DNA of 64,000 bases from Alphaproteobacteria bacterium (lineage in GTDB: Bacteria > Pseudomonadota > Alphaproteobacteria > Elsterales > Elsteraceae), in the NCBI GenBank assembly GCA_013298565.1, contig JAAFIC010000007.1, positions 3,196 to 67,195 on the forward strand, in the 5' to 3' direction. The notes under the pieces are model-generated. The model was not told where the DNA came from, did no database searches, and worked only from the letters and a program-made list of their open reading frames with translations. The translations under genes and the position numbers were made by a program. Shown piece after piece: positions 33,569 through 43,802 of this stretch (the first letter of the stretch is position 1; each line of letters starts with the position of its first letter).

Positions 33569-34384
33569 ATGATAGTTTTCGATCATGAGGACCGGGAGAA
33601 TGACCGGGAGAATGTAGGTGTTAGCCTTCGGCAGCGCCAGATTCTGACCATTGTTCAGCGTCAAGGTTATGCCACTGTCGAAGCTCTGGCCGCTGAATTT
33701 CAGGTTTCGACCCAAAGCGTGCGCCGCGACATCATTCGGCTTGATACACTCGGCTTACTCCAGCGTTTCCACGGCGGGGTGGGGGTGCTGGATGCGCCAG
33801 TCAGATTGGGCTATGAGCAAAAATTGACCGTGGCGATTTCCGCTAAAGATCGCATCGCTCAGGCAACGGTCGCGTTACTGCCGCCCGGTCAGGCTATCTA
33901 TCTCGATTATGGGACAACGTGTGAAGCCGTTGCGCGCGCGCTGCGCGGGCGGGATGATGTGCGGGTTGTGACGGCAAGCCTTGCAGTCGCCCAAGCCTTA
34001 ACCGGTGCCCACACTGTCCCCGGATTTGAGCCTGTTATGCTGGGGGGGCAGTTGCGCGGCGCGGAAGGCGCGGCTTTGGGGGAACTCACGCTCTCCGCGC
34101 TGGCTCAGTTTCGCTTCGATGTCGCGGTGCTCGGCTGCTCGGGCTTTGATAGCGATGGCGCGCCGACCGATTTCGATTTAGATAAGATCGCCGTTAAGCG
34201 CATGGCGCTGGTTCAGGCGCGCGCCGGGATGATCGTTGCCGACGCCAGCAAGTTTCCGCGCTTGGCCCTTGCCCGGCTTGCCCCGCTAACATCCCTGCAT
34301 CGCCTCGTCACCGACGCCGCTCCCCCCGTCGATTTAGCGCAGGCGTTTCGGCAAGCTGGCCTGTCGATCGTCGTCGCGGATTGA
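33569..34384 (+). CDS. DeoR/GlpR family transcriptional regulator
   Basis: The HTH is RQRQILTIVQRQGYATVEALAAEFQVSTQSVRRDIIRLDTLGLLQRFHGG, followed by a sugar-phosphate-binding-type C-domain. It is divergent from the LOG/ABC operon. The exact start is uncertain. Confidence 0.8.
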   Translation: MIVFDHEDRENDRENVGVSLRQRQILTIVQRQGYATVEALAAEFQVSTQSVRRDIIRLDTLGLLQRFHGGVGVLDAPVRLGYEQKLTVAISAKDRIAQATVALLPPGQAIYLDYGTTCEAVARALRGRDDVRVVTASLAVAQALTGAHTVPGFEPVMLGGQLRGAEGAALGELTLSALAQFRFDVAVLGCSGFDSDGAPTDFDLDKIAVKRMALVQARAGMIVADASKFPRLALARLAPLTSLHRLVTDAAPPVDLAQAFRQAGLSIVVAD

Positions 34385-34445
34385 GTTTTTTACGGCCCTA
34401 AACGAATTTAATCAAAGAAGAGTTCATTTAGGGCCGTCAAACGGG

Positions 34446-36737
34446 TTATTCCGCGCGCAAGCTTTTGGCGGCGGCCACCATCTGCTGAAGCGCGGGTTTT
34501 ACCTCCTCCCAGCGCCGGGTTTTGAGACCGCAATCCGGGTTTACCCAAAGCTGTTCGGGCGGCAAGTGGGCGCGTGCCTTGTGCAGTAGGGCGACCATAT
34601 CGGCCTTGCTCGGCAGGCGTGGCGAGTGGATGTCATAAACGCCCGGTCCGATATCGTTCGGGTAGTGAAAACTCGTAAAGGCGTCCAGCAGTTCCATCTT
34701 GGAGCGCGACGTTTCGATAGAGATAACATCCGCATCCATTGCCGCAATCGCGCCGATGATGTCGTTGAACTCCGAATAGCACATGTGCGTGTGAATCTGC
34801 GTCGCATCGCTCACGCCGGAGGCGGAGAGGCGGAAGCATTCCGCCGCCCACGCTAAATAGGCTTCCCAGTCGGCCCGTCGCAGCGGCAGCCCTTCTCGGA
34901 AAGCGGGTTCATCAATCTGAATAATGCCAATACCTGCCGCTTCCAAATCGCTCACTTCGTCGCGCAGGGCGAGGGCGATTTGACGGCAGACTGTTGCGCG
35001 CGGCAGATCATCGCGCACGAAGGACCAGCACAGCATTGTGACCGGCCCGGTCAACATGCCTTTAACGGGGCGCGGGGTGAGCGATTGAGCGTAGCGCGCC
35101 CAAGCGACCGTCATGGGCTTCAGCCGCGCAACATCACCGTACAGAATGGGCGGGCGCACATAGCGGGAGCCATAGCTTTGCACCCAGCCATGTTGTGTAA
35201 AAGCGTAACCCGAAAGCTGTTCGCCAAAATATTGCACCATGTCGTTACGCTCGAACTCGCCATGAACCAGCACATCAAGATCAATCTCTTCTTGCCAGCG
35301 AATCGCCTGTTCGGTTTCCTGCTTCAAAAAATCCTGGTACTCGGCCTCCGACAGCACCCCCTTACTCACCTGCGAGCGCGCTTTGCGAACACCCTCGGTT
35401 TGAGGAAAGGAGCCGATTGTTGTGGTCGGGAAGAGCGGCAGGTTGAGCTTTTCCTGCTGAGCACGGCGACGGTCTGTAAATGGCCGATAGCGTTGCGCCC
35501 ATGCAGGCACAACCCGGCCAAGCCGCTCGCGCACGGCAGCATTATGCAGCCGGGGCGAGGCTTTTCGCGCATCGCAGGCCGCGCGGGCTGCGGCCAGATC
35601 ATCCGCGACGGCGCTCTGCCCCTCCGTAAGCGCGCAGCGGAGAACCGCGAGTTCATCGAGTTTTTGAACCGCAAAGGCGAGCCAGGAGCGCAAATCGGCA
35701 TCAAGGCTGCGTTCTTGGGTAACATCAATGGGCACATGCAACAGGGAGCACGAGGGCGCGAGAATGAGCTTATCGGGTTCCCAAGCGGCAATAATAGGCT
35801 CTAACTGCGTTAAAAGTGCTTCCAGGTCTGCCCGCCACACAGTGCGCCCGTCGATAATGCCAAGCGATAGCGTGAGGTGTTTGGGGGCCTCGGCCAACAC
35901 GCGCGGCAAATCAGCGGCCCCGCGCACAAGATCGAGATGCACCCCTGCGACGGGCAGAGCGAGGGCAGTGGTTAGGTTTTCTGCCATTGGGCCGAAATAG
36001 CTCGTTACCAACAGCTTCAGCCTTGGTTCCGCCTCGGTTAGAACGGCATAGGTGCGGTGCAGGGCGATGCGGGTTGCGTCGTCGAGATCCAGGGCAAGGC
36101 AGGGTTCATCCATCTGTACCCAGTCGGCCCCGGCGGCCTGCAACTGCCTGAGTAATTCGACATAAACCGGCAGCAGCCGATCCAGAAGCGCCCAAGGCTT
36201 AAAATCGGCGTCGGGTGATTTGGCGAGGCGCAGGAAGGTGACTGGCCCCACCAGCACGGGCCGCGTGTGAATGCCTAAAGCTTGCGCTTCAAGGAACTCC
36301 GTCACGGGCTTGACCGAGGCAAGCTGGAAGGTTTGATCCGCTAAAAGCTCCGGTACGATGAAATGATAGTTGGTATCGAACCATTTCGTCATTTCCTGGG
36401 CGGCGAGACCTGTACCCGATACGCCGCGTGCTAAGGCGAAATAGGTTTCCGCCGAAACCTCCCCCCCGGTCCAGCCATACCGCGCCGGGATAGCCCCGAC
36501 CATGACGCTGGTATCGAGAATGTGATCGTACAGCGAGAAATCATTGCTGGGGATATGATCGACCCCCGCCTGGTGTTGCCAGCGCCAGTTTTCTGCCCGC
36601 AGGCGCGCTGCTGTAGCGTTGAGGTCGTTCAGGGTGGATTTCCCCGACCAATAGGCTTCCAGCGCCTGCTTTAAGTCGCGACGTTGGCCAATACGCGGCA
36701 CGCCGAGCGCGCCGATAGGAAGAGTGAGCTTAGACAT
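34446..36737 (-). CDS. metE: Cobalamin-independent methionine synthase MetE
   Basis: ATG 36737 (MSKLTLPIGALGVPRIGQRRDLKQALEAYW). The protein is 763 aa with two Meth_synt halves and the C-terminal metal-site region HTHMCYSEF. Confidence 0.95.
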   Translation of the reverse strand: MSKLTLPIGALGVPRIGQRRDLKQALEAYWSGKSTLNDLNATAARLRAENWRWQHQAGVDHIPSNDFSLYDHILDTSVMVGAIPARYGWTGGEVSAETYFALARGVSGTGLAAQEMTKWFDTNYHFIVPELLADQTFQLASVKPVTEFLEAQALGIHTRPVLVGPVTFLRLAKSPDADFKPWALLDRLLPVYVELLRQLQAAGADWVQMDEPCLALDLDDATRIALHRTYAVLTEAEPRLKLLVTSYFGPMAENLTTALALPVAGVHLDLVRGAADLPRVLAEAPKHLTLSLGIIDGRTVWRADLEALLTQLEPIIAAWEPDKLILAPSCSLLHVPIDVTQERSLDADLRSWLAFAVQKLDELAVLRCALTEGQSAVADDLAAARAACDARKASPRLHNAAVRERLGRVVPAWAQRYRPFTDRRRAQQEKLNLPLFPTTTIGSFPQTEGVRKARSQVSKGVLSEAEYQDFLKQETEQAIRWQEEIDLDVLVHGEFERNDMVQYFGEQLSGYAFTQHGWVQSYGSRYVRPPILYGDVARLKPMTVAWARYAQSLTPRPVKGMLTGPVTMLCWSFVRDDLPRATVCRQIALALRDEVSDLEAAGIGIIQIDEPAFREGLPLRRADWEAYLAWAAECFRLSASGVSDATQIHTHMCYSEFNDIIGAIAAMDADVISIETSRSKMELLDAFTSFHYPNDIGPGVYDIHSPRLPSKADMVALLHKARAHLPPEQLWVNPDCGLKTRRWEEVKPALQQMVAAAKSLRAE

Positions 36738-36854
36738 TGGCAGATACCCCATAAAAATGGGGGCAAAGGCCGTAGTGGACGCGACTTCACCAAGCTCGGT
36801 TGACCAAGCTCGTTGCGCCAGCGACACACCGGGAAACCCCGCCCGTGGACGTTA

Positions 36855-37058
36855 TCTGTCATGGCAGGTCTCCTGGCTTACGGGTCGTCACGCGCTGTCC
36901 TGTCTTCCCAAGGCTTTCGCCTCAGTGACATGGGTCGAACAGCGCGCTCGCCGCGTACAGTTGCGGGGGCAGCTCCGGCTTTGGCAGGCTTTTCAGCCTG
37001 GGCCGCACCGGATTCCCTCTTAGCCCGAAGCCGGAAACACCCGACATCAGGAACCATA
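36855..37058 (-). promoter_or_regulatory. Cobalamin (B12) riboswitch in the metE leader
   Basis: The minus strand reads ...AAGAGGGAATCCGGTGCGG...GCCGGAGCTGCCCCCGCAACTGTA...GTCACTGAGGCGAAAGCCTTGGGAAGAC...GTAAGCCAGGAGACCTGCCATG. The B12 box AGCCAGGAGACCTGCC corresponds to plus-strand 36863-36878. Confidence 0.85.
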
Positions 37059-37116
37059 ACGCTGCAAATTTGCGGCACGATTAGCAGCCTGTCAATATAA
37101 AGATTTGTTTATGTCT

Positions 37117-37620
37117 TTATGTCGATAATCGCTTTAGCTTTTCATAGCGCTTCACCAACCGGTCGCGCTTGAGGGAGGAGAGGCGGAAAATCCAGAAAAT
37201 ACCGTCGAGTTGGTCGATTTCATGCTGAAGGCAAACGGACAGCAGCCCCGCCGCCTCTTCTTCCAGAACCTCGCCCGTTAGCGTTTGATAGCGCACGCGC
37301 ACCTTGGCCGGGCGTTCCAGGGTATCCAGCACGCCGGGCATCGACAGGCTACCCTCCTGCTCTCTCACTGTTTCCGGCGATGACCAGATGATCTCGGGGT
37401 TCAGGTAAGTGCGCGGCCCGTCTTCCGGCGACAGCTCGATGACCATAACCCGCGACAGAACGCCGATATGCGGCCCGGTAATGCCTAGGCCCTGAGCCGC
37501 GCGCAGGGTTTCCAGTAAATCTTCAGCGAGGGTGCCAACCTCGGCATCAAAGACGGTCACGGGCGCGGTTTTGGCGCGCAACCGCGCGTTAGGGTAGGCT
37601 ACAATATCTCGCAGGGCCAT
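37117..37620 (-). CDS. Peptide deformylase homolog lacking two metal ligands (probable pseudoenzyme)
   Basis: It is collinear with Def, but motif 1 is GLGITGPHIG (normally GxGxAAxQ), motif 2 is EGSLSMPG (normally EGCLS), and motif 3 is QHEIDQLDG (normally HExxH). Confidence 0.8.
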   Translation of the reverse strand: MALRDIVAYPNARLRAKTAPVTVFDAEVGTLAEDLLETLRAAQGLGITGPHIGVLSRVMVIELSPEDGPRTYLNPEIIWSSPETVREQEGSLSMPGVLDTLERPAKVRVRYQTLTGEVLEEEAAGLLSVCLQHEIDQLDGIFWIFRLSSLKRDRLVKRYEKLKRLST

Positions 37621-37844
37621 AGCGGAGGCTTTCTGAACGGGGAGACCGTATCAACCATAGGTTCGTTCTGAAGTCCAGCGGTCCCCAGCCCCCGCAAAAA
37701 AGATCATCCACTTAGGCAATCTCTAGGCGCGTTAAGCGCCGCTTGATCTTTTTGATCCTCACGAAAGCGCCAGAGTGCATAAAAAATAGACTATGGTCAC
37801 ATTATTGCATACATATTTTCGCTGTGGATGACGGGAGCAAAAAA

Positions 37845-39674
37845 ATGTGGACACTGGCGGAGTATTGGGCCGAAGCCCAGGCAACAGGATCGGCTGAAGC
37901 GGGGGTTCGCGCGGTTTACGCGCGCGTGCGCGCTTGGGCTGATCCGGCGCTGTTCATCGCCTTGCGTCCGGAAGAGGAAGCGCTGGCGCTCGCCAAAGCG
38001 CTCGCTGGAAAAACCCACCTGCCCCTCTTCGGCGTTCCCTTCGTTGTAAAGGATAACATCGACGTAGCGGGCCTGCCCACAACAGCGGGTTGCCCGGAGT
38101 TCGCTTATACGCCGATGGTCTCGGCCTTTGCCGTGGCGCGGTTAGAAGCCGCTGGGGCGATTGTTATTGGCAAAACCAACCTCGATCAGTTTGCCACCGG
38201 CCTTGTTGGCGTGCGCTCGCCTTATGGGATTCCGCGCAACAGCGTTCGGGCCGATCTGGTGCCAGGGGGGTCTTCGTCGGGTTCCGCCACCTCGGTCGGT
38301 GCAGGCATTGTCCCCTTTGCCTTGGGAACGGATACCGCAGGCTCAGGCCGGGTTCCGGCGGCGTTAAACGGTATCGTCGGCCTGAAACCAAGTTTGGGGG
38401 CGGTGTCGGCGTGCGGCACGGTGCCCGCCTGCCGCACGCTCGATACGATTTCGATTTTCGCGCTGACCGCTGATGATGCTTGGACGGTCTATGAGATTCT
38501 CGCGGGGTACGACGCTGCCGATGCTTACGCTAGGCCCTTAGCGCTTGGGAAGCCGGGGGCGCTTGCGCCAGGGGTGCGGGTTGGCGTGCCGAACCCGTCC
38601 AGTCGGCAGTTCTTCGGCGATTGTGCTTCCGAGGCGGCGTTTACCGCCGATATAGCGGCGGTGCAGGCGCTGGGGTCAACCCTGGTCGAGATTGATCTTC
38701 AACCCTTTTACGCCGTCGCTCGCCTGCTTTATGAAGGGCCGTGGGTGGCCGAACGCTATGCCGCGCTGCGCCGCCTGATAGAGACCATGCCGGACCTGAT
38801 CTACCCTGTCACGCGCGGGATTATCGAGAAAGCGCGTGACTTCGATGCGCCACAGGTGTTCGAGGCACTTTACAAACTGGCCGATCTGAAACGGGCGACC
38901 CAACCCGTATGGGATGCTATTGATGTGATGCTGGTGCCAACCTTGCCGCGTCCCTACACAGTGGCGCAGGTGCTGGCCGATCCTGTGCGCCTCAACTCTC
39001 ACCTCGGCACCTACACGAATTTCGTCAATCTGCTCGATCTCTGTGCGCTAACGGTACCCTCGTCGCGCAGAAACGATGATTTACCCGCGAGCGTCACCCT
39101 GATCGCTCCGGCGGGGCAAGATGCACGGTTGCTGTCGCTCGGGCGGCAGATTCAAGCTGCCTCGGGCCTCACCTTGGGCGGAACAGGCGCTACGTTACCG
39201 ACGCTCGCACTGCTGGGGACGGGCGAGGAGCCGGACGCAATGGAAGTTTCTGCCGACGTTTCCGTCGAAGTTGCTGTTGTCGGCGCGCATCTATCGGGTT
39301 TGCCACTCAATGGGCAGTTGACCGCGCTGGGTGCTAGATTGCAGCGGACGCTGGCAACCCTTCCCGAGTATCGCCTGTACGCCTTGCCCGGAACCACGCC
39401 GCCGAAGCCCGGCCTACTGCGGGTTGCGCCTACGGAAGGGGCGGCGATTCTCACCGAAGTCTGGGCGTTGCCGGCAGTAGCGTTGGGGGCGTTCGCCGCG
39501 CAAATCCCCACTCCGCTTGGGCTGGGGCGCGTGCGCTTGGCCGATGGTTCAACCCCGCTGGGGTTTTTGGTGGAAGCCGAAGCCACGCATGGGGCCGAGG
39601 ATATTTCGCGCTTCGGCGGCTGGCGCGCGTTTCAAGCTAGTTCGCCAAAGAAAACAAATCTCGGGCGAGTGTAG
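37845..39674 (+). CDS. Allophanate hydrolase (amidase-signature enzyme with AtzF-type C-terminal domain)
   Basis: ATG 37845 follows a GGGAG SD. The amidase signature is GGSSSGSATSVGAGIVPFALGTDTAGSGRVPAA. The length is about 609 aa, including a C-terminal extension. Confidence 0.8.
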   Translation: MWTLAEYWAEAQATGSAEAGVRAVYARVRAWADPALFIALRPEEEALALAKALAGKTHLPLFGVPFVVKDNIDVAGLPTTAGCPEFAYTPMVSAFAVARLEAAGAIVIGKTNLDQFATGLVGVRSPYGIPRNSVRADLVPGGSSSGSATSVGAGIVPFALGTDTAGSGRVPAALNGIVGLKPSLGAVSACGTVPACRTLDTISIFALTADDAWTVYEILAGYDAADAYARPLALGKPGALAPGVRVGVPNPSSRQFFGDCASEAAFTADIAAVQALGSTLVEIDLQPFYAVARLLYEGPWVAERYAALRRLIETMPDLIYPVTRGIIEKARDFDAPQVFEALYKLADLKRATQPVWDAIDVMLVPTLPRPYTVAQVLADPVRLNSHLGTYTNFVNLLDLCALTVPSSRRNDDLPASVTLIAPAGQDARLLSLGRQIQAASGLTLGGTGATLPTLALLGTGEEPDAMEVSADVSVEVAVVGAHLSGLPLNGQLTALGARLQRTLATLPEYRLYALPGTTPPKPGLLRVAPTEGAAILTEVWALPAVALGAFAAQIPTPLGLGRVRLADGSTPLGFLVEAEATHGAEDISRFGGWRAFQASSPKKTNLGRV

Positions 39675-39752
39675 TCGCTCGCTAGGACGCATTTGCCACA
39701 GCAAACAAAATTGTGGAGCATTTTCCGTGAGTTGATGCGAACGGGGAATGCC

Positions 39753-40445
39753 CTACACAGCATGGGCGACCGTGCTGGGCGTCTCATGGTCGGCATACTG
39801 CAAATACGCCTGCTCCACTGTGCCGATGTGCCCCAGCATCGCGGCAGCGGCAGCGGTTTGGTTGCCTTTCAGAATGGCATCGACCACAATATCGTGCTCG
39901 GCGTAGGAGCGCGATAACCGCCCCAATGTGCGGAATTGCGCCCGCCGGAACGGCGATAAGCGCGAGCGGGTGGTGGCGGTGAGTTCCGCGAGATAGGGAT
40001 TATGACTGCCGGCGTAGATCAGCGCGTGGAACGCCACATTCGCTTCATGAAACTGCTGTGGATCGCCTTCGCGCACGAGCGGGGCCATGGCGCGATGCAA
40101 GTTTTCGAGCGCGCGCCGTTCCCGCGCGGTCATCGAAACGGCGGCATAGCCCGCGCACAGCGCTTCCAAATCGGCCATAACGGTAAACATCGCCGCCAAC
40201 TGTTCTTGCGACGGGCGGGCGACGAGAGCGCTGCGGTGCTGGCGGGTTTCGACAAGCCCGCTCGCCCCCAATAGGCGGATCGCCTCCCGCACGGGCGTCC
40301 GCGATACGCCGAAGCGGGCCGCAAGCTCGGTTTCATCCAAGGGGGTGCCGGGCGCAAGAATACCGCGCACAATTTCGTCCGCAAGCTGCTGGCGTAAATC
40401 GTCAGCGCGGGTGCCTCGCCGGGCGGAGGAGCCTAGGCGCGTCAT
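39753..40445 (-). CDS. GntR family (FadR/FCD subfamily) transcriptional regulator
   Basis: The HTH is LDETELAARFGVSRTPVREAIRLLGASGLVE, followed by a helical FCD-like C-domain. Confidence 0.85.
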   Translation of the reverse strand: MTRLGSSARRGTRADDLRQQLADEIVRGILAPGTPLDETELAARFGVSRTPVREAIRLLGASGLVETRQHRSALVARPSQEQLAAMFTVMADLEALCAGYAAVSMTARERRALENLHRAMAPLVREGDPQQFHEANVAFHALIYAGSHNPYLAELTATTRSRLSPFRRAQFRTLGRLSRSYAEHDIVVDAILKGNQTAAAAAMLGHIGTVEQAYLQYADHETPSTVAHAV

Positions 40446-40496
40446 CCAATAGATCCGTTTAGTCTAACCATCGAAGATAGCTTTAACATTATTCGG

Positions 40497-40880
40497 TTAC
40501 AGCGCGGAATTGGCAATAGTGCTGACGTGGGCATGGACGATCCGCCAGCCTTCCGGCAGTTTCGCCCAGGTTTGGCTCTGCCGACCGATCTGCCCCACCA
40601 CCCCTGGATAGCGAAACAGGGTTGAGACCAATACGCAGGTTTCTGACAGGGCGGTGACGCGCGTTTGCTCGCGCACTCGGCCTTCTGGCACCGGCGTTGC
40701 GCTGGCCCGCCAGGCTTTTACCGCGTCGATACCATACTGAATTTCGACGATGCCATAGCGCACCACATCGGGCGAATCCCAGAAAACCGCGTCCATCGCC
40801 GCCACATCGTTGCGGATTAGCGCGTCTTCATAAGCCTCAAAAAGGGCGCGGACTTCGGCCTCGACAAGGGCAAGGCTCAT
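40497..40880 (-). CDS. DUF3225 / NTF2-like protein (AtzH/HpxZ-like)
   Basis: A 127-aa ORF with [45 protein letters not shown]. This resembles oxalurate/1,3-dicarboxyurea pathway proteins as I recall them. Confidence 0.6.
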   Translation of the reverse strand: MSLALVEAEVRALFEAYEDALIRNDVAAMDAVFWDSPDVVRYGIVEIQYGIDAVKAWRASATPVPEGRVREQTRVTALSETCVLVSTLFRYPGVVGQIGRQSQTWAKLPEGWRIVHAHVSTIANSAL

Positions 40881-41545
40881 GGGGATACCGCTTTCGCCAA
40901 AGCCGGTAACGTGCAGGTCCAGCCGACGATGCCACCCTGGGCATGGATCATCGCGAGCGTTGCCGCTTTGAACGCAGGGAAATAACTCTCTGTTGCGTCT
41001 TCTACCAGCAAACAGTCGAAGCCGCGATCATTGGCCTCGCGCATCGAGGTTTGCACACAGACCTCGGTCGTGACCCCCGCGAAGACCAACTGGCGAATGG
41101 CCGTTTCCATCAAAATCGCGCTGAGGTTGGTGCGATAGAAAGCCCCCTTGCCGGGCTTATCGATCACAACTTCATTCGGCCATGGTGTGCAGCCCGCCAC
41201 AATTTGATTACCCGGCTCGCCACGCACCAGGATCCGCCCCATCGGCCCCAGATCGCCGATGCGGCGCGAGGGTTGACCGCGCAACCGTTTCGCCGGAGGG
41301 CAGTCTGATAGGTCCGGCAAGTGTGATTCGCGCGTATGGATAACTGGCCAGCCTTTCTGGCGGAACAGGCCGATCAACTCGGCCACGGCAGGAATAATGG
41401 CAGTGAGGCGCGACACATCATTCCCCAAACTCGCACCAAAACCGCCGGGTTCGACAAAATCACGCTGCATATCTATAACGATCAGCGCGACGGCGGCAGG
41501 ATCGAGCGGGAACGGACCGGGTTCAGCAGGAATATCTATCATCAT
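40877..41545 (-). CDS. Isochorismatase-family cysteine hydrolase B (BiuH/TrtA/RutB-like)
   Basis: The Asp-Lys-Cys triad context is present: [37 protein letters not shown]. Confidence 0.8.
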   Translation of the reverse strand: MMIDIPAEPGPFPLDPAAVALIVIDMQRDFVEPGGFGASLGNDVSRLTAIIPAVAELIGLFRQKGWPVIHTRESHLPDLSDCPPAKRLRGQPSRRIGDLGPMGRILVRGEPGNQIVAGCTPWPNEVVIDKPGKGAFYRTNLSAILMETAIRQLVFAGVTTEVCVQTSMREANDRGFDCLLVEDATESYFPAFKAATLAMIHAQGGIVGWTCTLPALAKAVSP

Positions 41546-41551
41546 CAGTCC

Positions 41552-43066
41552 TCAGTGTCCCGCCATCGCGTGACCGATAGCCGTGCGGTCGGCCTCGCCG
41601 GCAGGGGCGAGATAGGTGATATGGCCTTCGGACATTACGGCGATCCGGTCGGAAAGCTCCAGAATCTCATCGAGATCTTCGGAGATCAGCAGAATCGCCG
41701 TACCCTTGTTGCGTAACGCCAGCAATTGGCCGCGAATATCGGCAACCGAGGCAAAATCGAGACCGAAACAGGGGTTCGCTATTACGAGCACTGCCACATC
41801 GCCCGAAATCTCCCGCGCCAGCACTGCGCGCTGTACATTGCCGCCCGATAGCGCCTCCATCGGCGTTTCGGGGGAGCGGGTACGGATATTGTAACGCTCG
41901 ATTAGGGCCTCGGCCTTAGCGCGGATTTCTTTGCCAGACAGAAACCAGCGGGCTTTGGTTAAGGGCGCTTTGTCGAAACTGCGGAAGGCGAGATTTTCTG
42001 CTACGCTCATGCGCGGTGCTGTGGCGTTTTTCAGTGGCTCTTCGGGCAGGCTGAACACTTTCATCAGGTCCATCTCGGCGCGTTTGGGGGTGAACGGCTT
42101 GCCTTGGACGAAAATCCGTCCTTCGGCTAAGGGGCGTTGCCCGGCGAGTATTTCCAGCAATTCCACCTGCCCATTGCCCGACACGCCCGCCAGCCCCAGA
42201 ATTTCGCCCTCATGCACCTTCAGGTCGAGTTCCTTCACCGCCGGTAAACCGTCGTCGCCAGTGCCATAGAGGGCAATGAGATCGACCATGATCGGGGTTA
42301 CGCCGTGATCGACCCGCTCGGCGCGCTTTGGCACCTGGGTTTCGCCGATCATCAGCTTTGCCATCGCGTCGGTGGTCAGTTCCGAGACTAAGCCGCCGCC
42401 CACCTTGCGACCCCGGCGCAGCACGGTCACGCCATCGCAAAACTCGGTCACTTCGCGGAATTTATGAGTGATCATCAAGACGGTGAGGTCGCCCGCCTGG
42501 GTCATGCCGCGCAGCAGCCCGAGGATTTCGGTTGCTTCATTGGGGGTGAGAACGGAAGTTGGCTCGTCGAGAATGAGGAAGCGTTGATTGAGGTAAAGCT
42601 GCTTTAGAATTTCCAGCTTTTGCTTCTGCCCGGCGGCGAGGCCGGACAAGGGCAGATCGAGCGGCACGCGAAAGGGCATTCGGTCGAGGAAGTCATTCAG
42701 CGCTTTGGTTTCCTTTGCCCAATCCACCACCAACGGCACATCGGCGCGCGCCATCACCAGATTTTCCGCCCCCGTCAGCGAGGGCACTAGCGTGAAATGC
42801 TGATACACCATGCCAATGGCAAGCGCCCGTGCCTCGCGCGGTGCGGCAATCGTTACCTGCTTGCCATTAAGCAGAATGTCGCCGCCATCGGGCTGGTAGA
42901 AGCCCATCAGGCATTTCACTAGGGTCGATTTCCCCGCACCATTCTCTCCCAGCAGCGCATGGAACGAGCCAGCGGGAACGGAGATCGACACATCGTCGAG
43001 CGCTTGGAATGCGCCGAAGCGCTTGCCCATACCGAGAATATCAATACTGAGAGCGCGCTTGGTCAT
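41552..43066 (-). CDS. ABC transporter ATP-binding protein with duplicated ATPase domains
   Basis: Walker A is GENGAGKST in the first half and GVSGNGQ in the second. LSGGNVQR is present. The protein is 504 aa. Confidence 0.9.
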   Translation of the reverse strand: MTKRALSIDILGMGKRFGAFQALDDVSISVPAGSFHALLGENGAGKSTLVKCLMGFYQPDGGDILLNGKQVTIAAPREARALAIGMVYQHFTLVPSLTGAENLVMARADVPLVVDWAKETKALNDFLDRMPFRVPLDLPLSGLAAGQKQKLEILKQLYLNQRFLILDEPTSVLTPNEATEILGLLRGMTQAGDLTVLMITHKFREVTEFCDGVTVLRRGRKVGGGLVSELTTDAMAKLMIGETQVPKRAERVDHGVTPIMVDLIALYGTGDDGLPAVKELDLKVHEGEILGLAGVSGNGQVELLEILAGQRPLAEGRIFVQGKPFTPKRAEMDLMKVFSLPEEPLKNATAPRMSVAENLAFRSFDKAPLTKARWFLSGKEIRAKAEALIERYNIRTRSPETPMEALSGGNVQRAVLAREISGDVAVLVIANPCFGLDFASVADIRGQLLALRNKGTAILLISEDLDEILELSDRIAVMSEGHITYLAPAGEADRTAIGHAMAGH

Positions 43067-43740
43067 GGCAGGGTCGCCAACAGCACGTCGGAGGTTGCGA
43101 CCGCGCCGAACACGCCGCCCTGCATCTTCACCATGCTAAGGGCGGCCAGATGATTATTCGGGTCGGTCGCCCCGCAGCAATCTTCCAGCAGCAGGCACTC
43201 ATAGCCCCGATCATTGGCCTCGCGCAGGGTGGTATGAACGCAAACGTCCGTTGTGATGCCAGTGAGGATGAGATTGGCGATGCCGTTTTGGCGCAAGATC
43301 AGGTCTAAGTCGGTCGCGCAGAAGCTGCCTTTACCGGGCTTGTCGATAATTACTTCGCCCGGTAGCGGCGCAAGCTCGGGAATAATCTCCCAGCCGGGTT
43401 CACCGCGCACCAAAATTCGCCCGCACGGCCCCGGATCGCCGATACCCGCGCCGATTTGCTGCGAGCGCCAGCGCTTGTTCGGCGGCAAATCAGCCAGATC
43501 GGGGCGGTGGCCCTCGCGGGTGTGGAGGATGAAATAGCCCTTTTTACGCATTACCGCCAACAACCGTTTAATCGGTTCAATCGGCGCGCGCGTCAGCGAC
43601 AGATCATAGCCCATGGTATCGACATAGCCGCCCGTACCGCAAAAGTCGGTCTGCATGTCGATGACGATCAACGCGGTATTCTGCGGGCGCAAATCGGCGT
43701 TCCAGGGCCATTCATAGGGGGCAGAGGCAACGAGGGGCAT
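43063..43740 (-). CDS. Isochorismatase-family cysteine hydrolase A (BiuH/TrtA/RutB-like)
   Basis: [18 protein letters not shown] and [19 protein letters not shown] are present. It shares the [10 protein letters not shown] insert with paralog B. The gene is embedded between the permease and ATPase genes. Confidence 0.8.
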   Translation of the reverse strand: MPLVASAPYEWPWNADLRPQNTALIVIDMQTDFCGTGGYVDTMGYDLSLTRAPIEPIKRLLAVMRKKGYFILHTREGHRPDLADLPPNKRWRSQQIGAGIGDPGPCGRILVRGEPGWEIIPELAPLPGEVIIDKPGKGSFCATDLDLILRQNGIANLILTGITTDVCVHTTLREANDRGYECLLLEDCCGATDPNNHLAALSMVKMQGGVFGAVATSDVLLATLP

Positions 43741-43802
43741 GGGATTCTCCTAGAGTAAACAACCCTCAAGCAGCGCAAAGCGCGGCAGGACGCACAAAGT
43801 TA

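Noticed and set aside
34392-34437. An 11-bp perfect inverted repeat (ACGGCCCTAAA ... TTTAGGGCCGT) between the convergent DeoR gene and metE might be a bidirectional intrinsic terminator.
   Set aside because: The loop is 24 nt long and there is no U-run after the stem on either transcript. The T-run precedes the stem on the plus strand. I record it only as a hairpin of unknown role.
34980-35804. A 274-aa plus-strand ORF and other ORFs lie within metE.
   Set aside because: They are antisense or out of frame relative to a full-length, well-conserved MetE, and they show no independent motifs.
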